The position numbers and the translations under genes are program-made. DNA of 41,825 nt, taken from the NCBI GenBank assembly GCA_003136555.1, contig PLEW01000244.1, positions 34,114 through 75,938 of the forward strand. The letters are read 5' to 3'. The number at the start of each line of letters is the position of its first letter. Position 1 is the first letter of the stretch. A model generated the notes under the pieces. It was not told the origin of the DNA. It made no database searches and saw only the letters and a program-made list of their open reading frames with translations. Positions 36,401 to 41,825 of this stretch are shown here, one piece after another. Source of the stretch: Planctomycetota bacterium (GTDB lineage Bacteria > Planctomycetota > UBA11346).

Positions 36401-37875
36401 TCGCACTGCTCGGGGCTCATGAAGGCTGGGGTGCCGACCCTGACCCCGACATTGGTGACATCGCGCTCCGCCCCGTGCCCCTTGGCCAAGCCGAAATCGG
36501 AGACCTTGCAGATGCCTTCCGCCGTGAGCATGAGATTGTCCGGCTTGATGTCGCGATGGATCACGCCCTTCTGGGCCGCCATCTCCAGGCCGAGCGCCGC
36601 CTGCCGCACGATGTCGAGCACCTCCACCTGGCCCATGCTGAACTGCTCATGCAGGATCTCGCCGAGGTCCTTGCCCTCGACGAATTCGATGATCATGAAG
36701 TAGACGCCCAGCTGCGGCTCTTCGCCGAAATCGTAAATGTGCAGGATGTTCGGGTGGTTGATCTTGGCCAGGCTCTTGGCTTCGCGTTCGAAGCGCGAGA
36801 TGAAGTTGCGGTTGCGCGCCAGTTCAGGCGGCAGCACCTTGACTGCGACGCTGCGATCCAGGCTCAGCTGGCGGGCGTGGTAGACCGATCCCATGCCACC
36901 CTCGCCGATCTTGCGGTCGATGAGGCAGCCGCGCAGCGCTCGGCCGATGAGCGGATCATCGCTGGCCTGGCGCGGTCCTCCCGAAACCACATGCCCCTTG
37001 GCGATGTTGAACGACGTATGGCATTGCGGGCAGACCTGCTGATCGTTCTCGAGCTTGGTGCTCAGGAAGCCGTGGCCGCATACCGGGCAGGTGATCTGCC
37101 GGCTGACCAGTTGCTCGGCAGGCGTCGGGGCGGGGAGATCGGCAACGGTGTGCTGCCGGGCGCGCTGCTGCTGCGCATCACGTTCCATGCGATCGAAGAG
37201 ATCCGGGTCAAAGGGGTCGCCTGAAATCGGGCTGGCCACACCGACCTTCGCCGCCGCTTCCTGGACGCTGCTGGATGCGGGCGAGACCCCCTGCCTGGGC
37301 GAGGCCGGGCGTACCGCCGGGACAGGCGCTGCCAGGCCCGCCAGCGGACCGTCCCTGCGCGAGGTCAGCGCCTTGGTGCGCTGGCGCAGCTCGGAGGTCT
37401 CATCCGGAGGGTACTCGTTGGAATCATGCCGCACCCGAACCGGCAGTACGGGGATATTTGCCGCCGGCTCGCTCTGGCTCGCAACCGCTGCTGGCGCGAC
37501 CGGCGGCAGGAGCATCGCTGGCGGCGGGGGCGGCGAGGACATGTGCGGTGCTGCAGGCACGTTCTGCGCACTGGGTGCTTCCGCCACCGGAGGTGCTGTT
37601 GGTGCCATGGCCACGGGCACCGGTGTAATGATCGGGGGGGGCGGCGGAATTGGTGCCAACAGCGGCAGGTCGACGGCGACCGCGGCAGGAGGCAACGCCG
37701 GAATCGCGATGGGAGGAAGGGCCGGCGCCTCGGGGGCGGGCGCAGGTACGGGCGCAGCGTCCTCACGCGTCGACGGCAGCCAGCGATGGTTGCAGCGCCG
37801 GCAGCTCATCCAACCCGATGGCAGGGGAGGCCCAGCATTCGGCTCGCGACAGCGTGGACAGAACAGGGAGGTCAT
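33475..37875 (-). CDS. Large receptor-like Ser/Thr kinase: two Zn ribbons, Pro-rich linkers, kinase, TPR-like helix pair, TM, PEGA-like segment and beta-propeller-like C-terminus
   Basis: CPRC..CRRC and CPVC..CPQC; GEGGMG, AVK, HRDIKPDN, DFG and GTPAFMSPEQ; TM segment VTLLFAVVVVAGLSAW; PQQ-like blades (G..VAS, ELWK, LVWSQ, TGALQ). Confidence 0.88.
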   Translation of the reverse strand: MTSLFCPRCREPNAGPPLPSGWMSCRRCNHRWLPSTREDAAPVPAPAPEAPALPPIAIPALPPAAVAVDLPLLAPIPPPPPIITPVPVAMAPTAPPVAEAPSAQNVPAAPHMSSPPPPPAMLLPPVAPAAVASQSEPAANIPVLPVRVRHDSNEYPPDETSELRQRTKALTSRRDGPLAGLAAPVPAVRPASPRQGVSPASSSVQEAAAKVGVASPISGDPFDPDLFDRMERDAQQQRARQHTVADLPAPTPAEQLVSRQITCPVCGHGFLSTKLENDQQVCPQCHTSFNIAKGHVVSGGPRQASDDPLIGRALRGCLIDRKIGEGGMGSVYHARQLSLDRSVAVKVLPPELARNRNFISRFEREAKSLAKINHPNILHIYDFGEEPQLGVYFMIIEFVEGKDLGEILHEQFSMGQVEVLDIVRQAALGLEMAAQKGVIHRDIKPDNLMLTAEGICKVSDFGLAKGHGAERDVTNVGVRVGTPAFMSPEQCDGIDVDFRSDIYNLGCTAFLALTGSLPFDADTPFAIMLKHKNDPVPKLSSFNPNIHPRVDSLVQRMIAKAPADRFASLRELVELVEELEVEIAGTTNVLRKSRGPFRAMSDLEAVEHARMTSKGQRDDQSVDANGRGTALPAAARPVLPAMPAARAPLPPAPLPTEVPDWLKPVEQPTVKRPASSVTHAQPAPMTPPPVAPGGSGSGLRDLRVKLAEARNRNLQEEAESMAASANRLAASGQHEEAAVIWQRAAALSPNMRESQELQARALRARQYSGRRRTLRTVTLLFAVVVVAGLSAWQGVPVLHNQFAERELAPIESIIVPDARLRELEHFIDAYGQPYTWYSMLFQQPYQVAAVVKARREAESLRRQLNLPSTAIPPRSAQAPTPSRTSSVGVPLATPTAPSPVASQAPVPVAAPIAVPVPRQAPAPMPAPVDPRLTALEKAAKDPGTPWPAVAKQATLLAAQAGPSAERAHEVCAEAQREIQASEKDLAAIRSAWTAGQQGRVQELIAQFRQAHGRSGQELPVMLPGRLEIIDGDCGRKIPDARITTSFATPIASGGFVAGAVQLAAGERRFCRFATSDLTIEIAVPGYRQEVLHLAAIADEQEQHVQVVLHPEVRWQRQIGTSLAWIRLRDIDEHLLLVRHNEGIATLHLSDGTVASTLGRNQLLATPQGDNAPAQFTTVWTPTQQGVIVGTTDGLAMLLGNPGTSGLAVIDTLYRGHGAITAVSEHELTFEAGRHAIFVVEAESSGAKLTARTSEHELWKVTGLVGQLEPQLWFHDDKVVVLDDQRVQAIDETDGHLVSSVVLSAKRSGPGMLIDQGGIIAIPVASGIELMRPAGAAGDRLEIFHDAQLDQADGRQVVAADSQLLVARSDRSMRLLGWKDGHAELVWSQNLPADSAAISFMGLAGEHALIADEQGAIYVYARSTGALQRRFASASPLLGAPLEVHGLLIFADRAGAISAISLPPLPP

Positions 37876-37886
37876 GGCCGGACCAA

Positions 37887-39923
37887 TCAGCTCTCTGACA
37901 TGCTGGTCGCTGAACTGAGCGACGCCGTCTTGGCTGGCGCTCCAGACAGCAGGTAGACCTTGGCCAGCACGCCACCGAGGATGACCGCGGCGATCAGCGC
38001 AGCGATGAGGATGATGCGCATCTGCTGCCGCCGCCGCAGCTTGGCGCGCAGACCAGTGATCTCGAGCAGCAGGCGGCTCTCGGCCCCGGTACTCGAGGCG
38101 GCGGTGTCGCGCACATCGCGCAGACCGCGCTCCAGGAGATCGATGCCGGCCTTGATATCCCCGCGCTCGAGCAGGTCCTTGCTGCGGTTCTGCAGCGCAT
38201 CGACCTGCTGCACCTGTTCAAGCGTGCGCGCTTCGCGCTCCTTGCTGCGCAGGATGGCGCGAGCGCGCTTGTCGGTCTCTCGATCCGCCAGGCGCTTGTA
38301 CATCTCGGCCGAGACGCGGAAATTGCCGGAGGCGAACAGCCGCTGCGCCTCGCCCTCCTGATCCTTGATCGACTGCTGGTCGCGAGCCGGCTCGCGCAGT
38401 TCATGGCCGCAGCGCGCACAGGCCGTCTGACCAGCGCGGTTGAGCAGGCCGCAGCGGGAGCAATTCAGCGATTCGACTGGAGCGCGCGAGGAGGACCGGC
38501 GTTCGGTCGTCGGTCGCTGCTGCCGATCGTTGTTCAGGCGTTCGCTGCCATGCTTATTCGAGTTGTCGCCGTCCTGGCCATGCGAATCGGTGCCCGGACG
38601 GCTCTTGCTCTTGCCAGCCTGCTCGTTCGCTGAGGTGCGTGCCGAATCGCGCGACGGCAGCATCGGCGGCATCGGTACCGCAAGCCCGGCCACCGGCAGG
38701 GCCGGCGGGATGACGACCTGTGGTGGACCCGCTGGCGGGATGGGCATGCTGGGGAGGGCAGGGATGAGCGGCGAGGACTTGCGCGAGGACATCGGCAAGT
38801 CGTTGGAGCGCACTCCGGAATCCTTGCTGGCGGCCCCCCCTCCCTGGACGCCCAGGCCCACGCCCAGCTCCACCCATGCCTGGCGGCACGCCTCGGCATC
38901 GCGGAAGCGATCATTGGCGTTCTTCGCCAGCATCTGCATGACCAGGTCGGATAACTCGCGTGGCACCGCGGGATTGAGCTTGGCCGGTGGTGGCGGCTGG
39001 TATTCCCTCTGCTTGGTCATGATCTCGAAGGAGGACTGGCCGGTGAAGGGCTTCTCCCCGGTCAGGGCCAGATAGGCGGTAACCCCGAGCGAATAGATGT
39101 CCGAGCGTCCATCGAGCTTGCGCCCCATGCATTGTTCGGGTGACATGTACGCCGGGGTGCCCATGGCCATGCCGACGGTGGTCAGATCCGTGCTGTCATT
39201 GCGGGTGACATCCTTCGCTAGGCCGAAGTCGGCTATCTTGGCCACCCCGTCCTTGGTGATGAGGATGTTGTCCGGCTTGATGTCACGATGGACGATGCCC
39301 TGCAATCCGACATGCGCCAGTCCTGCCAGGCATTGCACCAGGATCGGCACGATCTCCTCGGGGGACAGCATGAGCTGGTCGGCGATGCGCTTCGAGAGGC
39401 TCGAGCCCTCGATGTACTCGACCACCATGTACCACATGCCGTCGGTCTGCCCGAAATCGTAGACCGCCATGATGTTGGGGTGGTTGATGCGGGCGATTGA
39501 CTTGGCCTCGCGCTCGAAGCGTTTGATGAACTCCTCGTTGTCGCACAGGGCCTTGTTGAGGATCTTGACCGCCACTACGCGGTCCAGGCTGACCTGGCGG
39601 CCCTTATAGACCAGACCCATGCCACCCTGGCCGACCTTCTGCACCAGTTCGTAGCCGCCGAACTGGCGGCCGAGATAGGGATCCTTGCCCAGCGCTTGCG
39701 TCGCTGATGGATCGGCGGCGGCGATTTTGACGTCAGGGAGCTCCTGCAACGGCTGACGGTCGCTGTCATTGGCCGCATCGCCATCATCCAGCTGGAAATC
39801 GGGCGAACTGGTCATGCGCGTCATGTTGGTCGGGGCTTCACCCGCGGGATTGCCACGCATGCCCGGAAGATCGGGCAGGCTGGGTAGATCCCGCGGCGCT
39901 TTACTGTCGTCGGCGATCGCCAT
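37887..39923 (-). CDS. Ser/Thr kinase with Zn ribbon, helical region and C-terminal membrane anchor
   Basis: GQGGMG, VAVK, HRDIKPDN, DFG and GTPAYMSPEQ; CSRC..CARC; RRRQQMR followed by IILIAALIAAVILGGVLA near the C-terminus. Confidence 0.9.
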   Translation of the reverse strand: MAIADDSKAPRDLPSLPDLPGMRGNPAGEAPTNMTRMTSSPDFQLDDGDAANDSDRQPLQELPDVKIAAADPSATQALGKDPYLGRQFGGYELVQKVGQGGMGLVYKGRQVSLDRVVAVKILNKALCDNEEFIKRFEREAKSIARINHPNIMAVYDFGQTDGMWYMVVEYIEGSSLSKRIADQLMLSPEEIVPILVQCLAGLAHVGLQGIVHRDIKPDNILITKDGVAKIADFGLAKDVTRNDSTDLTTVGMAMGTPAYMSPEQCMGRKLDGRSDIYSLGVTAYLALTGEKPFTGQSSFEIMTKQREYQPPPPAKLNPAVPRELSDLVMQMLAKNANDRFRDAEACRQAWVELGVGLGVQGGGAASKDSGVRSNDLPMSSRKSSPLIPALPSMPIPPAGPPQVVIPPALPVAGLAVPMPPMLPSRDSARTSANEQAGKSKSRPGTDSHGQDGDNSNKHGSERLNNDRQQRPTTERRSSSRAPVESLNCSRCGLLNRAGQTACARCGHELREPARDQQSIKDQEGEAQRLFASGNFRVSAEMYKRLADRETDKRARAILRSKEREARTLEQVQQVDALQNRSKDLLERGDIKAGIDLLERGLRDVRDTAASSTGAESRLLLEITGLRAKLRRRQQMRIILIAALIAAVILGGVLAKVYLLSGAPAKTASLSSATSMSES

Positions 39924-40055
39924 GTCGGTGCGGGGTTCCTGCCCGAAGTGTAGACCTGCCTAGTCGCTAAAACAAGCGTCGGAGAAGATACTTACGGCCA
40001 GCGTGACACCTTGCATCACACCGCTCGCCATCCTGGGCCCCTGACCCCTGTGTTT

Positions 40056-41015
40056 CTAGTGATTCTGCAGATAGTGCTCGGCCTCGAGCGCCGCCATGCA
40101 GCCCATCCCGGCCGCCGTCACCGCCTGGCGGTAGCGGTGGTCCCGCACATCGCCGGCGGCAAACAGGCCCGGGATGTTGGTGTGGCAGCCTTCAGTGACG
40201 ACCAGATAGCCATTCTCGTCCATGATCAGCCCGGTGCCCTTGAGGAAGGCGGTGTTGGGGGTGTGCCCGATGGCCATAAACACCCCCTTGACATCGAGCT
40301 TGGATGGTACGCCGGTGCGGGTGTCCACCAGCGTGACGGCCTCCAGCCGGTGCTTGCCATCGACGTGGTAGCCGCCCAGGGTGCTGTGCCAGACCGGGGA
40401 GATCTTGGGGTTCTTGAGCGCCCGTTCGGCCATGATCTTGGAGGCCCGCAGCTCGCCGCGCCGGTGCACCAGATAGACCTTGCTGGCGAATTTGGTGAGG
40501 AAGTTCGCCTCCTCGCACGCGGTATCACCCCCGCCCACCACTGCCACCGGCACCTGCTTGTAGAAGGCGCCGTCGCAGGTCGCGCAGGCGGTCAGCCCAT
40601 GCTTGCGGTTGGGGCCGTCGGTGAGGAATTCAGCCTCCTCGGGCAGGCCCAGGTAGCGCGCGCTCGCGCCAGTGGCGATGATGACCGCGGTGAAGAGCTC
40701 GGATTGGTCGGTCCCCTGGAAGAGATCGCTCCAGGTGAGGCGGAACCCGCCATCCTCGCGCTCGATGCGGGTGACCTCGCAGCCCTGCTTGAGCACTGTG
40801 CCGAAACGTGACGCCTGCTGCTCGAAGCGCGTCATCAGCTCCGGCCCCATGATGCCCTCGGGGAAGCCGGGATAGTTCTCCACCTCGGTGGTGGTGGTCA
40901 GCTGACCACCCGCCTGCCGGCCGGTGAACAGGTGGGGGGCGATGTTGGCTCGGGCAGCGTAGATGGCGGCGGTGTAACCGGCCGGGCCGGAGCCGATGAT
41001 GGCGAGATTCTGCAT
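40056..41015 (-). CDS. trxB: Thioredoxin-disulfide reductase
   Basis: IIGSGPAGYTAAIY, GGQL.TTTEVENYPGF, CATCDG, VVGGGDTACEEA and GDV.D..YRQAVTAAG.GC.AA. Confidence 0.96.
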   Translation of the reverse strand: MQNLAIIGSGPAGYTAAIYAARANIAPHLFTGRQAGGQLTTTTEVENYPGFPEGIMGPELMTRFEQQASRFGTVLKQGCEVTRIEREDGGFRLTWSDLFQGTDQSELFTAVIIATGASARYLGLPEEAEFLTDGPNRKHGLTACATCDGAFYKQVPVAVVGGGDTACEEANFLTKFASKVYLVHRRGELRASKIMAERALKNPKISPVWHSTLGGYHVDGKHRLEAVTLVDTRTGVPSKLDVKGVFMAIGHTPNTAFLKGTGLIMDENGYLVVTEGCHTNIPGLFAAGDVRDHRYRQAVTAAGMGCMAALEAEHYLQNH

Positions 41016-41113
41016 GGCTGATCCTGCTGGTGGGAAGTCAGCAGCACAACCGCGGGGATGAATAGGTCAAGCAGCGTCGCACCCGCACCTTCGACCGTCA
41101 GGTCACCTGCGAT

Positions 41114-41782
41114 TCATAGAGCATGCGGCGCAAGCTGCGCACGGCAGGCCTGGCCGATGGCCGCGCTCGCGCGCGGCACCGTCACCCCCCAGTGCGACAG
41201 GTGGGTGCAGAAATCGCCATGGCGCCGTCCGAGGCGGTACTGCGGCTCGCGGCTCGGGGCCTTGAGATAGCGCTCCATCAGCGCGGACTGGTCCTCGACC
41301 AGCATGGCGGCGAGGTAGTACACCGCGCGCGCGGTCTGCCTCAGGGATGCCCCGAGGATCTTGCGCGGCTGTCCGTCCGCACTGGCGAGAGTCAAATCGC
41401 CATGGCCGCGGGTGGTGGGCAGATGGCCAGCCAGCGTCCCGATGGCTGGCGCGAGCACGCCATTGATGAGGTCGAACCAGCAGGAGGTCCCAAGCAGGGT
41501 GTTGCGCAGGCGCAGGGCGATCAGCAGCATCCCGGGCGCCAGGACCACCGCCCCGCCGCCCGACACGCGCCGGTGGATGGGAATGCGGTCTGCACGGGCA
41601 ACCCCGGTCTGCAGCTCGCGCTCGGGGTCCTGGTGGCGGCCGATCACCAGGCGCACGTCGTGCGGTTCGTGCAGACGCAGCCACGGACTGAGCGGATCGA
41701 GCACGGACTCGCACAGGGGATCGTCCGCACCGCCCGGGTTGGGCTCGACCAGGTCGGGATGGGGCTCGATGAAGCCGCTCAC
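41114..41782 (-). CDS. Lipoate-protein ligase A / BPL-LPL family protein (catalytic domain only)
   Basis: VIGRHQ, RRVSGGGAVVL, GDL.....KILGAS and PSREPQYR..R.H.DF motifs. Confidence 0.8.
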   Translation of the reverse strand: MSGFIEPHPDLVEPNPGGADDPLCESVLDPLSPWLRLHEPHDVRLVIGRHQDPERELQTGVARADRIPIHRRVSGGGAVVLAPGMLLIALRLRNTLLGTSCWFDLINGVLAPAIGTLAGHLPTTRGHGDLTLASADGQPRKILGASLRQTARAVYYLAAMLVEDQSALMERYLKAPSREPQYRLGRRHGDFCTHLSHWGVTVPRASAAIGQACRAQLAPHAL

Positions 41783-41825
41783 CGCCGGCAGTCCGTCCCG
41801 ATCATCGGCCCAGGATCAGCTGCCG

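Noticed and set aside
37200-37770. Low-complexity Pro/Ala-rich stretch considered as a repeat array
   Set aside because: No discrete repeat unit; it is the disordered linker of the kinase.
41779-41825. Possible 3' end of an upstream minus-strand gene
   Set aside because: Too short to determine frame or identity.

Overview
GC-rich bacterial chromosomal window, densely coding and mostly housekeeping. Genes: recG end, RlmK-type methyltransferase, nnr, cysD/cysN, rsmG, dnaX, mog, prfC, acnB with a divergent LysR, NifU-like, M16 peptidase, recJ, acyltransferase, PII, accA, CYTH, trxB and LplA-like. It also carries three large membrane-anchored Hanks-type Ser/Thr kinases, which suggests a Planctomycetota-like host (inference only). 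I found no rRNA, tRNA, CRISPR array or mobile element. Main observations: (1) dnaX is split across two frames at an apparent programmed -1 recoding site (AGGAG, 13 nt, C_CCC, TAG, 13-bp hairpin), so the long tau subunit would need the shift, the reverse of E. coli. (2) A bacterial homologue of the eukaryotic N-degron enzyme NTAQ1/WDYHV1 with an intact catalytic triad. (3) A 56-aa extremely acidic protein missed by the ORF track. (4) Several proteins that have lost expected ligands: a His-less hybrid kinase, a NifU lacking scaffold cysteines, a degenerate APS-kinase domain, and a C-terminally truncated PII directly behind accA. All family assignments come from motif recognition by eye, not database searches.
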